Source: a virus
Taxonomy: Duplodnaviria > Caudoviricetes
Virus record (IMG/VR): IMGVR_UViG_3300026549_002518
Location: 394-64,393 of that record
DNA length: 64,000 bases
Reading direction: 5' to 3' (one strand)
The notes under the pieces are model-generated. The model saw nothing but the letters and a program-made list of their open reading frames with translations, did not search any database and had not been told where the DNA came from. Below, piece by piece: positions 34,889-44,024 of this stretch. Numbering within the stretch: position 1 is the stretch's first letter; every line of letters begins with the position of its first letter. Both the position numbers and the translations under genes were made by a program.

Positions 34889-36565
34889 ATGAAAAAGTTT
34901 ATTAACGCTTTGAAAAGCTACCAGTTCATTGTCGGTTTGGTGCTGACAATGATGGCAGTGTTGACAGGTGGTGCCGGCTTTGCAATGGCTGAGGCACAGC
35001 CTACGTCTCCAGCTAATGCCGGTGAGGCTACGCCCGACCCTGCAAACCCTGAGACTAACGATTTAGAGAGTCCTGACGGCCAGGGTGCCGGTCAGAGTCT
35101 GCCAGGCACACAGGCCAGTGCTACGCAGATTCGTGAGGGTGGCCTTGCTATGCCGGAATATGATCCGGAGATTGTAAAGTTTAAGGCTGACGAGTACGTC
35201 CTGCTGAACCTTGCCCGTACAATGGCTACCCAGCGCACACAGAAAGGCTATGAGGTACGTCACTTCCAGATTGGTCGTGAGTCTCTTATCCTGTCTACCA
35301 AGACAGCTATCACGCCTAATGAGGATGGTACTATCACGCTGAACCGTAGCAACACCAGTGGAAACATCAAGCTTGCCTATAAAAGTAAGGTGATTTTCGT
35401 GGATGGTGTCAGTGGCTATAAGGAAGGCTCATCCAGCGAGACCGATGGCGACTTGGTACTGTTTGTGCAGAGCAACAACGGTACGTCTGTTGTCTGCCAG
35501 GCATTGAATGGTGCAGCCGTCAACGACGGTGTAAAGTCCGCATATCTGTATGACAAGCAGGCACCTTCTATCCCCGCCAATACTACGATGGTTATCGGTA
35601 CGGTTGCCGGTTGCGAGTCGCAGATGATTGTAACGCCCGACAACAGCCAGCCCCGTGACAAAGAGGTATTCCTGCAGAAGCAGATTTTCAACGTCGAGAT
35701 TACAGACCATGAGGCTGAAATCCTTAAGTGGACTCCGTGGGCACTGCAAGAGCTGAAAGAGAACGCCCTTGACATCTTCTCGCAGGGTGCTGAGTATACG
35801 CTTTGGAAGGGTAAGCAGATGAAGTGGAAGATGAAGATGGACGAGAACGGTAAGGAAGAGTTTGCCTATTCTTCAGAAGGTATTCTCCGTCAGATTACCA
35901 ACACTCTCGGACTTGATGGCGACTTCCAGTTCAAGAACATCACCGACATCGGCAAGATTATGTTTACCGAGTTCGCAGAGCATAAGGAAGCTGTATTCCT
36001 TTGCGGTAAGGACCTGTTGAGCGACATCATCAATATGGACTACACACGTCACAAGGATATTAGCTACCAGCAGCGCAAGACCGACTACGGTATCATCGTC
36101 AACGCCTTGGTTACTAACTTCGGTGAGCTGCAGCTGATGTATGCACCCGCCCTTGATCACTTCGGTATGTCGAAGTTTGGTGTTGTGCTGGATATGAAGG
36201 CCGCACGTTACTACACCAACATCAAGAAGCGCGAGTATAACATCGACCAGAAGAAGGCCGGTAACGAGAGCCGTGAGGCAAGCCGCTATATCTACATCGA
36301 GGCCGGTGCACTGGCACTCCGTGGATATAACAGCCTGTTGGTTGGTCCGTCGAGCGAGATTATCAGCAAGAACCTGTCAAAAGGTGCTAAGAGCGTGCTG
36401 ATTATCAGCGACCTGTCAGACGTTGCCAATGCCCCTGTAGGTACTAAGATTCTCTTCAAGGAAGACTATACCGTAGGTGAGGGCGCAAGCGCCGTGACAT
36501 ACTCTGCCGACAAGGTATACTGGAAGACCGCTAATGGTTGGGAAGAGTTTACCGGTGAGGTATAA
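34889..36565 (+). CDS. Major capsid protein with N-terminal signal/TM-like leader
   Basis: 558 aa after scaffold; QKQIFNVEIT, SEGILRQI, F..CG.DLL..I, ALALRG pattern consistent with HK97 fold; strong codon bias; followed by terminator. Confidence 0.75.
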   Translation: MKKFINALKSYQFIVGLVLTMMAVLTGGAGFAMAEAQPTSPANAGEATPDPANPETNDLESPDGQGAGQSLPGTQASATQIREGGLAMPEYDPEIVKFKADEYVLLNLARTMATQRTQKGYEVRHFQIGRESLILSTKTAITPNEDGTITLNRSNTSGNIKLAYKSKVIFVDGVSGYKEGSSSETDGDLVLFVQSNNGTSVVCQALNGAAVNDGVKSAYLYDKQAPSIPANTTMVIGTVAGCESQMIVTPDNSQPRDKEVFLQKQIFNVEITDHEAEILKWTPWALQELKENALDIFSQGAEYTLWKGKQMKWKMKMDENGKEEFAYSSEGILRQITNTLGLDGDFQFKNITDIGKIMFTEFAEHKEAVFLCGKDLLSDIINMDYTRHKDISYQQRKTDYGIIVNALVTNFGELQLMYAPALDHFGMSKFGVVLDMKAARYYTNIKKREYNIDQKKAGNESREASRYIYIEAGALALRGYNSLLVGPSSEIISKNLSKGAKSVLIISDLSDVANAPVGTKILFKEDYTVGEGASAVTYSADKVYWKTANGWEEFTGEV

Positions 36566-36586
36566 ACGTTAGGCTATTTTCCTCCG

Positions 36587-36624
36587 AGGATGGTGCGGGA
36601 GCATCTTGCTCTCGTAGCCATCCT
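36587..36624 (+). terminator. Hairpin after capsid gene
   Basis: aggatggtgcgggagca-tct-tgctctcgtagccatcct. Confidence 0.6.
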
Positions 36625-36656
36625 ATATAAAAACAAAAGCAAGACAAAAGAAGACT

Positions 36657-37175
36657 ATGATTAAGGTTTATGAACTAAGAGCGCTGCAGAACAACTACAT
36701 CGTATCTATCCCCTTTAAGGGTGTGACGGTACGCTGTGAGTTCAAGGACGGAAATATCGCCAAAGGTATTCATGCACGCCTGTTTACTAATGACAAGTTC
36801 AAGCAGATGGCCATTGAGCATTGCGAGCTGAACGGTCGTGTATGGAAGCTTGTAGATACCGTCAAGGAGCCGGAAGACGAAGCAGCTGAACAGCGTGCAG
36901 CACAGCAAGCAGTCACACGTCAGAGCCCTGCCAACGCAGGGACGCCACAGGAGCCTGCAAACGTGCAGACACCAGCGTCAGCCGGTGACGACACCCAGGA
37001 GCCTGCCGGTGACGATGATGGCGACGCAGGTAAGTCAGCACCGATGGAGTTTGCCAACCTTGCAGAAGCTATCCTGTATGTTGCCGCCAACTACGGCCAG
37101 CAGGTAGAGAGTGCAGCACAGGCTCGTCAGGTGCTTAAAGACAACGGCATTAAAGCTGTCATCCATAACGGATAA
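36657..37175 (+). CDS. Phage structural-region hypothetical protein
   Basis: 172-aa ORF with two small domains and an Ala/Pro linker. Confidence 0.6.
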   Translation: MIKVYELRALQNNYIVSIPFKGVTVRCEFKDGNIAKGIHARLFTNDKFKQMAIEHCELNGRVWKLVDTVKEPEDEAAEQRAAQQAVTRQSPANAGTPQEPANVQTPASAGDDTQEPAGDDDGDAGKSAPMEFANLAEAILYVAANYGQQVESAAQARQVLKDNGIKAVIHNG

Positions 37176-37194
37176 TTATAATAAAAATAAGACT

Positions 37195-37407
37195 ATGGAC
37201 AAAGTGATTGAAGTAATAGTGCGACCGGAAGCCGGACAGTCTACACCTTCCGGTGGCGGTGGCGGCCATAGCGGTGACACCGTTATCCCTTCTCCCGATA
37301 GCGTAGGCACGGAAGAGATCAAGGATGACAGCATCCGAGTGGAAGACATCAACCACGAAGAGTTTGCCACCGACAACGACATCGAACAGCTGTTTGAAAA
37401 GCCATAA
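37195..37407 (+). CDS. Small virion protein ending in FATDNDIEQLFEKP motif
   Basis: Likely start MDKVIEV at 37195 after an A-rich leader; C-terminal motif shared with fibre genes. Confidence 0.55.
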   Translation: MDKVIEVIVRPEAGQSTPSGGGGGHSGDTVIPSPDSVGTEEIKDDSIRVEDINHEEFATDNDIEQLFEKP

Positions 37408-38073
37408 ATGATGACGGTACAAGAGATAGTAACGCGCGTGCGCTCAGCCATTGATGAGCTGCCGGAAAACGGTAGCGCTCTTAATGGACTGACAGACGAT
37501 GAAGAGAACATGACACGTATCATTGCCGACAAGATTGGCTATGGTGTCGTGCATATCCTGGAGCATGCACCTCTTGACAAGATGGATGCCGCCACCTTCT
37601 CTGCACTTTCGCAGGAAGAGATAGGAACCCTCTTCAGCATCGACAATGAGGTAGGTAAGCTGAAACTTCCAGAGAATGTGTTACGCATCGTCGATGCACG
37701 CCTATCTTCTTGGCCGTATTTCCCCACTCCTGAGCTTGACAACTCACAAGTGGCACTGATGCAGAGCGACAAGTACGCCCGTGGCAGCTATGACAGGCCA
37801 GTGAATATTTTCACGTATAACGGCAAAGACCGCTACCTGTATATGTACAGTGCCAAGGAGCTGACGGACACCGTGACGTTTACCTACGTCGCCAAGCCGT
37901 CTACTGCCCAGTATAGTGCCAGCAACCTGTCACAGACAGTGGATATACCGTCAAAGTTGGAAGCCGCACTGATCTATCAGGTTGCCGGACTGACAATGAC
38001 CGCTTACAGAGAGGACATTGCCGCCAGCCTGTTTGCCATTGCCAAAGACTATATGGGTATTGTTGAAGAGTAG
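37408..38073 (+). CDS. Putative tail tubular/adaptor protein
   Basis: 221 aa; LPENVLRIV..ARGSYDRPV..TYVAKP..ALIYQVAGL pattern like podovirus adaptor proteins. Confidence 0.5.
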   Translation: MMTVQEIVTRVRSAIDELPENGSALNGLTDDEENMTRIIADKIGYGVVHILEHAPLDKMDAATFSALSQEEIGTLFSIDNEVGKLKLPENVLRIVDARLSSWPYFPTPELDNSQVALMQSDKYARGSYDRPVNIFTYNGKDRYLYMYSAKELTDTVTFTYVAKPSTAQYSASNLSQTVDIPSKLEAALIYQVAGLTMTAYREDIAASLFAIAKDYMGIVEE

Positions 38074-38078
38074 AAACT

Positions 38079-38345
38079 ATGAAGCAGCTGCAGTTTACAT
38101 ACGATGAAGAGGCCAACGGCTATCTCAGCGAGCCGTTTCAGCTTAAGAAACAAGCAACAGTACGTGTCTACCTGCAAAGCCAGGCACCGGTGGTCACAAT
38201 GAAACAGGAAGACGACGGACAATGGTCGAACTATGGACAGACACCCAAGGACTGTGACTGCTACGAAATAAACCTGACCAGCAACGAAGAGGTAACGCTG
38301 ATGCTTGCCACACCAGTGCCGGTAATGAACTGTTACATATTATAA
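38079..38345 (+). CDS. Small tail-region protein
   Basis: 88-aa ORF in a tightly packed operon. Confidence 0.55.
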   Translation: MKQLQFTYDEEANGYLSEPFQLKKQATVRVYLQSQAPVVTMKQEDDGQWSNYGQTPKDCDCYEINLTSNEEVTLMLATPVPVMNCYIL

Positions 38346-38348
38346 GCT

Positions 38349-38771
38349 ATGAGAAAACTGTTTGAATTTAACCAGCATATAGGCCGTTGGCGTGTATTGG
38401 TGCAGACCAGTGACATCAATAACAAAGCTGTTACCAAGGAGAAGCTTTCGGATGATTTGTGGAAGGAAATATGCCGCATGGCTTCTGACGAATTGTTAGT
38501 GGCTGTGTTTGGTGTTACCACTTATGAGACGGCCCTGTACTACTATGAGAATGAGAAGACAATCATCGGTAAGTCGGGAGATTTGTACTTCAATATGGTA
38601 CGCTTCGATGATGGGGAGTTTGTCTTCACACAGGTAGATGAAAGGGGAACATTGCATACTATGGTGTTGTCAGTAGATGGCTGGAGCGACAGCGTGGCAC
38701 AGATGGAACTGGCAACGGGTAACATAGATATGGAGATAGTAGATGTGGAGAGCGAATTAAGTAATAACTAA
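38349..38771 (+). CDS. Tail fibre segment protein
   Basis: VTKEKLSDDL fibre-repeat-like motif; acidic C-terminus MEIVDVESEL. Confidence 0.5.
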   Translation: MRKLFEFNQHIGRWRVLVQTSDINNKAVTKEKLSDDLWKEICRMASDELLVAVFGVTTYETALYYYENEKTIIGKSGDLYFNMVRFDDGEFVFTQVDERGTLHTMVLSVDGWSDSVAQMELATGNIDMEIVDVESELSNN

Positions 38772-38785
38772 AAAAATATTCGATT

Positions 38786-40186
38786 ATGGGAGTAAAAGCT
38801 ATTAAAGGTCACAAGAAAGGTTCGCAGGATATTGCTTATTTCCTGTCGCATGGTGACACTGTGATTTTGGGTAGTGGCAACAGTAAGAAGACGCTGACTA
38901 CCAAACTAAGTGAGCTTGATACCGCACTTGGCCATAAAGTAGAATGGGTAGATGTTTACAACTATCTGGAAACTGGTGCAAAAATGCCAGTCACAAATGG
39001 CTATCTATTTAAAGGAGAGCCTGTAAATTATTTTGTCATCAAAGGGTCGGCTATTGTCTTCCGTGTATGGAATGCCTCCAATAGCAGATTTGAATATATT
39101 GGTTATACTCGCACCAATGATTATCCTGAAACGTGGGCGTTCCAATCTATTCTTCAATGGAGCGAGCTGACTGACAATTTCAAGAAAGCCATTGATGAAG
39201 GCTTGGTAAAGGCTGAGGAAGCCCTTTCCCGACTGGCTACGGTTGAAGAGGTTATTCCTGCTACAGCTTCTTCTTCTAACAAGCTGGCTACAGCCAGTGA
39301 TGTCAGTGCCGTTGCAACTACAGCTAATAGTGCACTTGGTAAAGCTTCTACCACAGAGCAGCTATTGCCTTCAGACGTAAATCCAGAAACCAACAAACTT
39401 ACCACTGAGAAGAAACGTGCAAAAGTTGTCGTAAAGATGACCCAGCATGGGGTTACTACAACTTCTGAACTTGGCAAGCTTGTTCAGATTGTGGCAAGTA
39501 CCATTAGCGGTTATGCTCTGAGCAAGGTCTTTGAGTTCAACGAGATTACTGGTGACAACCCTGGCGTAGAGATCGTACTTCCTTATCAGATTGTGGAAGC
39601 CATGATTGCCGATGGCGCCGTTACTACTGTCAAGATGGCTGATGGTAGCGTGACTACCGCAAAGATTTTGGATGGCAACGTCACCAAGGCTAAGCTTGCA
39701 CAGGAGGTGTTGGACTTCTTGGAAGAGTACCTTGCAGACTTCAAGGGTACTGTAGAAACCACAGCAGCTTTGAAAGCGTTGACTGGTGACAAGAACGACT
39801 GGGCGGTATACAAGCACAATGATGCTAACAACAATGTCATCTACAGCCGCTACCGCTATGATGCCAGCTACAATGACAATACCACAGGTCACTGGAGGTT
39901 TGAGCTGGACGTTAACAGCTCGTCGTTTACCACAGCACAGTGGGCCGCTATCAACAGCGGTGCTACCTCGTCTATCATCAACAGTGTTGCAGGCAAGGCC
40001 GAGAAGTCAGAGATGTCAGTAACACCTGGCACAGGCTCTAATGCTGACAAGACCACCATCCAGTTGAAGAGTGGCACCAGCGCAACTGTACTGACCCAGC
40101 ACCAAGACATCAGCGGAAAAGCTGACCTTGCAGATCTTGGCGGCTATGTGTTTGACGAAGTAGACGTAGAAGATGACATTCTGTAA
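38786..40186 (+). CDS. Tail fibre protein
   Basis: ADGAVTTVKMADGSVTTAKILDGNVTKAKLA repeats; QHQDISGK motif; FTTAQWAAINSG. Confidence 0.7.
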   Translation: MGVKAIKGHKKGSQDIAYFLSHGDTVILGSGNSKKTLTTKLSELDTALGHKVEWVDVYNYLETGAKMPVTNGYLFKGEPVNYFVIKGSAIVFRVWNASNSRFEYIGYTRTNDYPETWAFQSILQWSELTDNFKKAIDEGLVKAEEALSRLATVEEVIPATASSSNKLATASDVSAVATTANSALGKASTTEQLLPSDVNPETNKLTTEKKRAKVVVKMTQHGVTTTSELGKLVQIVASTISGYALSKVFEFNEITGDNPGVEIVLPYQIVEAMIADGAVTTVKMADGSVTTAKILDGNVTKAKLAQEVLDFLEEYLADFKGTVETTAALKALTGDKNDWAVYKHNDANNNVIYSRYRYDASYNDNTTGHWRFELDVNSSSFTTAQWAAINSGATSSIINSVAGKAEKSEMSVTPGTGSNADKTTIQLKSGTSATVLTQHQDISGKADLADLGGYVFDEVDVEDDIL

Positions 40187-40203
40187 TTTTAATTCCGTCA
40201 GCA

Positions 40204-40884
40204 ATGAAAGCAATAAGAGGTAGAAAGAAAGGTGCGAGTGGGGAGAGCTATTTCCTCGCCCACACCGATACTGTCATTGTTGAGGAAGGTGGCAGCAAGA
40301 AGACGCTTAGTGACAAGCTGTCCGAGATGTCAAATGGCGTAGAGTATGTCAGTGTGCTTCCCACTGCTTCTGCTTCTACGATGAAGAAGAAGTATATCGT
40401 GTATGCGCAGGACGGTAGCATCACAGGGGAGTATGTCACGGAGGCTGTTCGCGGAATCATCAATGGCAATGACAAATATCCTATTGATGACAAGGGAGAG
40501 GCCGTTGCAATATACGATTCGGTCAATCCATCCAGTCGGCAAAGGGGAGCTATGGAAGGCGACCTATGCCTGAACAACCCAAATAGTTATTCTGGCGGCA
40601 TGGGAACAGATGCATTGGAAGTATGTACCCAAAGCTCTGGTGATGACGAGCACGGAGACTGGCAGGATGCAGAATGGGGTGAAAGCCAAGATGAAGTCAT
40701 TGGTGCACGCTATGCCCTTGGTAATACTCACTACATACTGACATGGGCAGGATGGGTAGAGGACACAGCGATAGAGCTGGAACTGGCAGGAATCACGACG
40801 GGCACTGTGTACCGATGGAAAGAGGTAGAGACTACCCTTGACTATGCCACGGATGCAGACATAGCAACATTATTTACGACATAG
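40204..40884 (+). CDS. Tail fibre segment protein
   Basis: N-terminus paralogous to 38786 ORF; VEYVSVLPTASASTM motif; C-terminal YATDADIATLF. Confidence 0.6.
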   Translation: MKAIRGRKKGASGESYFLAHTDTVIVEEGGSKKTLSDKLSEMSNGVEYVSVLPTASASTMKKKYIVYAQDGSITGEYVTEAVRGIINGNDKYPIDDKGEAVAIYDSVNPSSRQRGAMEGDLCLNNPNSYSGGMGTDALEVCTQSSGDDEHGDWQDAEWGESQDEVIGARYALGNTHYILTWAGWVEDTAIELELAGITTGTVYRWKEVETTLDYATDADIATLFTT

Positions 40885-40936
40885 ACGAGTTTATATATAA
40901 CCCTTATTTTTTAACCACATTTAATTTATTACAATT

Positions 40937-41797
40937 ATGGCTTTAACAGATGCACAGAAGGCTAAGTTGGTGAAATTAGGCCAGCTTGCCAAGTTTAAAA
41001 CCATCGCTGATGCCGCTTATCAGGCAACTATTAGCGATTTGTCTACCATCCGTAGTGGTGCTGCTGCTGGTGCTACAGCTTATCAGCTTCCTGCTACTGG
41101 TATTCCCTCGACAGACCTTGCTGATGCCGTACAGGCTGCTTTGACTGCCGCTGGTACTGCCCTTCAGCCTGCCGACCTGACTACTCTGAATGGTAAGGTT
41201 GCTGCTTTGGAGGCTCTGATTGGTGAGGACACCGATGGTGCTATCAACAAGTTCAATGAGATTGTAGCTTTCTTGGAGAGCATTACAGACCAGCAGACCC
41301 TCAGCGGTATTATCGCAGGTCTCAACACCTCGATTGCTGCTAAGTACACCAAGCCCTCTGGCGGTATTCCTGCTACTGACTTGGCCGATGCCGTACAGAC
41401 CTCACTGGGTAAGGCTGACACCGCCCTACAGGCTGCCGACATTGCCAACAAGGCTGACAAGGCTACCACGCTGGCTGGCTATGGTATCACCGATGCCAAC
41501 ATCAACAATGGTGTTATCACCTTGGGTGGGAACTCTATCACTCCGCTGACTTCCCATCAGGACATCAGCGGTAAGAAGGACAAGCAGACTGCTGTCTCTG
41601 ACCCTTCTGCTGACGGTACGGCTGTTGCCTTTATTGCAAGCTTTGCACAGAACGCTAATGGTGAGGCTACTGTAACGAAGAAGACCGTTCAGAGCGCCAG
41701 CGCTTCACAGGCTGGTTTGATGTCAGCAGCTCACTACAGCAAGCTCGATGCCATCGAGTACGCTACCGACTCTGATATTGAAGACCTCTTCTCTTAA
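40937..41797 (+). CDS. Tail fibre protein
   Basis: KPSGGIPATDLADAVQ repeats, KATTLAGYGITDA, HQDISGK, ASQAGLMSAAHYSKLD fibre motifs. Confidence 0.75.
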   Translation: MALTDAQKAKLVKLGQLAKFKTIADAAYQATISDLSTIRSGAAAGATAYQLPATGIPSTDLADAVQAALTAAGTALQPADLTTLNGKVAALEALIGEDTDGAINKFNEIVAFLESITDQQTLSGIIAGLNTSIAAKYTKPSGGIPATDLADAVQTSLGKADTALQAADIANKADKATTLAGYGITDANINNGVITLGGNSITPLTSHQDISGKKDKQTAVSDPSADGTAVAFIASFAQNANGEATVTKKTVQSASASQAGLMSAAHYSKLDAIEYATDSDIEDLFS

Positions 41798-41816
41798 ACC
41801 GAGACGTAACGCAACA

Positions 41817-41851
41817 AGGCAGAGAGGGTTCGACTCCCTCTCTGTCTACCA
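41817..41851 (+). ncRNA. tRNA-like minihelix (12-bp stem, TTCGACT T-loop, ACCA end)
   Basis: AGGCAGAGAGGG-TTCGACT-CCCTCTCTGTCT-ACCA; third pair is G.U. Confidence 0.5.
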
Positions 41852-41879
41852 ATAACAACAAAATAAAATATTCGGAATT

Positions 41880-43574
41880 ATGACACAACAACAAGCAAAG
41901 AAAATCGTGCGGTTCGGACAGCTTGCAAAGTACCATGAGCTGTTGGGCGCTACCTCAGTCATGGAGACAAGAGAGGTGACGTGGAGCGAACTGAAAACGT
42001 TACGTGATGGTGGATTGCTGACAGCAGGACAGTGGTATAGGATTACGGACTATGAAGCAACGGTGCTGTCTGTGTTAGAGCCTAACGCTCGTAGTGCAGG
42101 GCACGCTTTTGATATTCTCGTTCGTGCAGACAGCACCACACAGCTCAATGAGGATGCTTATGCCATTCATCATAGCGGAGATACATACTTCGATAACAGT
42201 AACCTTGCTGCATGGAAGTTGAAATATACGCTTGATAATGTGAAGTGGTCACAGAGACCTGTCACAGTTGTCACAGCAAATGATGATCATTACTCGTTTA
42301 TCGAAACAGGAACTATCGAGATTGACGGAACGACATATATCCTATGGACTGGTAATAACAACTTCTGTGACGACTGGGACAGACACGCCATCAGCGAAGA
42401 TAGCGAAGAGGGAACAACCATGTATGTTTACTATGACGATGGAGAGTTTAGTGACGAAAGTGTAGGAGAAATTGAGAGCAAGAGCACCATTACCGGTAGT
42501 GGCAAGGGTACTATTACTTGGATGAAGGACGAGTTCGGTAACGAGCTTTCGTATGATTTCAAGAATATTCAGTTCAAGCGCTTCTATACAACAGACGCAA
42601 AAGGTCGTGAAGGTATTGACAGTTGCTACATGGTTGCTGACCCAAACAATCCTGCAAAAGACCTGAGTGCTGATGATACTGATGATTTCATTTGGGCTTA
42701 TACTTTCAGCAGCGACAGAGAGGGTGGTACGCAAACTGACACTTCCCTTAGTGGTGGCATAACCAATAACGTCATTGGAAGTAATAATGACTCGCTGCCT
42801 AACAATGTTTTCTACGGAACAAGTATCTATAGCAACACTTTTGGAGACTATTGCTACAACAATTCTATAGGAAACAAATGCCGCAACAATACTATAGGAA
42901 ACAACTGCTACAGCAATTCTATAGGAAATTATTTCCAACGTAATACTATAGGAGAATCATTCTATCAAAATTCTATAGGAAACAATGTGTACAACAATAC
43001 TATAGGAAACGAGTTCAACAATAACTCTATAGGAAACAATTGTTATCAAAATTCTATAGGAAATTATTTCCGATACAATACTATAGGAGAATGGTTCTAT
43101 CAAAATACTATAGGAAACGACTGCTACGACAATTCTATAGGAGAATCATTCTATCAAAATTCTATAGGAAATTATTTCAACAACAACTCTATAGGAAACG
43201 GTTTTGACAGCAATTCTATAGGAAACAGTTTCCAAGATAACTCTATAGGAAATTACTTTCAGTATAATACTATAGGAAACAGTTTCGGCAGTAATACTAT
43301 AGGAAACGAGTTCAACAATAACTCTATAGGAAACGGTTGCAACAACATCAAGATACAAAAGGACTATGTGTACTTTATTGTTATTGAGAATGGCAACCAG
43401 TATATCAACATCACGTCCACAAAGACCACATCGTCTTCGCAGGTGCTTCGTAACTTTACTGTGGCTCAGGGAGTTAACAACAGTAACTCAACAAAAACCA
43501 TCAGCCACAATACGACAAACGATACGTTCAAAACAATATATCAGAATGCCAATAGTACGACAACGGACGTTTGA
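41880..43574 (+). CDS. Distal fibre / receptor-binding protein with 9-aa beta-helix repeats
   Basis: N-terminal fibre domain (YRITDY..GHAFDI), C-terminal (N-S/T-I-G-N/E-x-F/C-x-x)n. Confidence 0.7.
   Translation: MTQQQAKKIVRFGQLAKYHELLGATSVMETREVTWSELKTLRDGGLLTAGQWYRITDYEATVLSVLEPNARSAGHAFDILVRADSTTQLNEDAYAIHHSGDTYFDNSNLAAWKLKYTLDNVKWSQRPVTVVTANDDHYSFIETGTIEIDGTTYILWTGNNNFCDDWDRHAISEDSEEGTTMYVYYDDGEFSDESVGEIESKSTITGSGKGTITWMKDEFGNELSYDFKNIQFKRFYTTDAKGREGIDSCYMVADPNNPAKDLSADDTDDFIWAYTFSSDREGGTQTDTSLSGGITNNVIGSNNDSLPNNVFYGTSIYSNTFGDYCYNNSIGNKCRNNTIGNNCYSNSIGNYFQRNTIGESFYQNSIGNNVYNNTIGNEFNNNSIGNNCYQNSIGNYFRYNTIGEWFYQNTIGNDCYDNSIGESFYQNSIGNYFNNNSIGNGFDSNSIGNSFQDNSIGNYFQYNTIGNSFGSNTIGNEFNNNSIGNGCNNIKIQKDYVYFIVIENGNQYINITSTKTTSSSQVLRNFTVAQGVNNSNSTKTISHNTTNDTFKTIYQNANSTTTDV
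42861..43346 (+). repeat. 18 tandem 27-bp coding repeats (core ctatagga)
   Basis: Counted 18 units from 42861 at exact 27-nt period; some units duplicated verbatim. Confidence 0.9.
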
Positions 43575-43598
43575 TAACAATCTAAATATCAATGTATT

Positions 43599-43844
43599 AT
43601 GAAACAGACAGAAAACAGGTTTACAGCAGAAGACGGGAACTTCATAGTAAGGAAGTCTGATGGCTATATTATGGGCGAGACTATTGACCTTGGCACGGAT
43701 GACTCCATTGCCAATTACGAGGAACAGCCGTATACAGAAGAGTCTTACAAAGCCTTCTATGAGTCTTTAGGAATTAAGCAAAAAGAAGAGAAGCCCGTCA
43801 TGGAAGAGACAGGAAAGAAGGGTAGAAAGCGTGCTAAAAAGTAG
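43599..43844 (+). CDS. Small fibre-associated protein (possible chaperone)
   Basis: 81 aa; FTAEDG..IVRKSDG..GETIDLG..DSIANYEE motif common after Bacteroidales fibre genes. Confidence 0.55.
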   Translation: MKQTENRFTAEDGNFIVRKSDGYIMGETIDLGTDDSIANYEEQPYTEESYKAFYESLGIKQKEEKPVMEETGKKGRKRAKK

Positions 43845-43877
43845 GTGAAAATCCCGATTTTTGTGCTCAGTTTTCAA

Positions 43878-43980
43878 GCCTATATTTTAGTGGTGGTGCA
43901 CCATTGGTGCATACAGAGCGCACTATTGATGCACCACTTTTACGCTAAAACATCTGAAACCTCCTGTGTATAGGCATTTC
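43878..43980. other. Repeat-rich intergenic site downstream of recombinase (att-like site and/or bidirectional terminator)
   Basis: Imperfect IR gtggtgcaccattggtgc / gcactattgatgcaccac flanked by GCCTATA...TATAGGC. Confidence 0.4.
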
Positions 43981-44024
43981 GAATAGGGTGTAAATAGTTT
44001 CCTATAGAATAATTTCTGCCGAAA

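Noticed and set aside
41790-41860. Complete tRNA gene or attP remnant
   Set aside because: No D arm or anticodon arm, and both acceptor strands are contiguous with the T-stem; reported only as a minihelix.
42861-43346. CRISPR array
   Set aside because: Period is exactly 27 nt, in frame, with only ~12-nt variable parts; lies inside a 564-aa ORF; no cas genes recognised.
38786-43844. Diversity-generating retroelement targeting fibre genes
   Set aside because: No reverse transcriptase and no separate TR/VR pair seen in the window.
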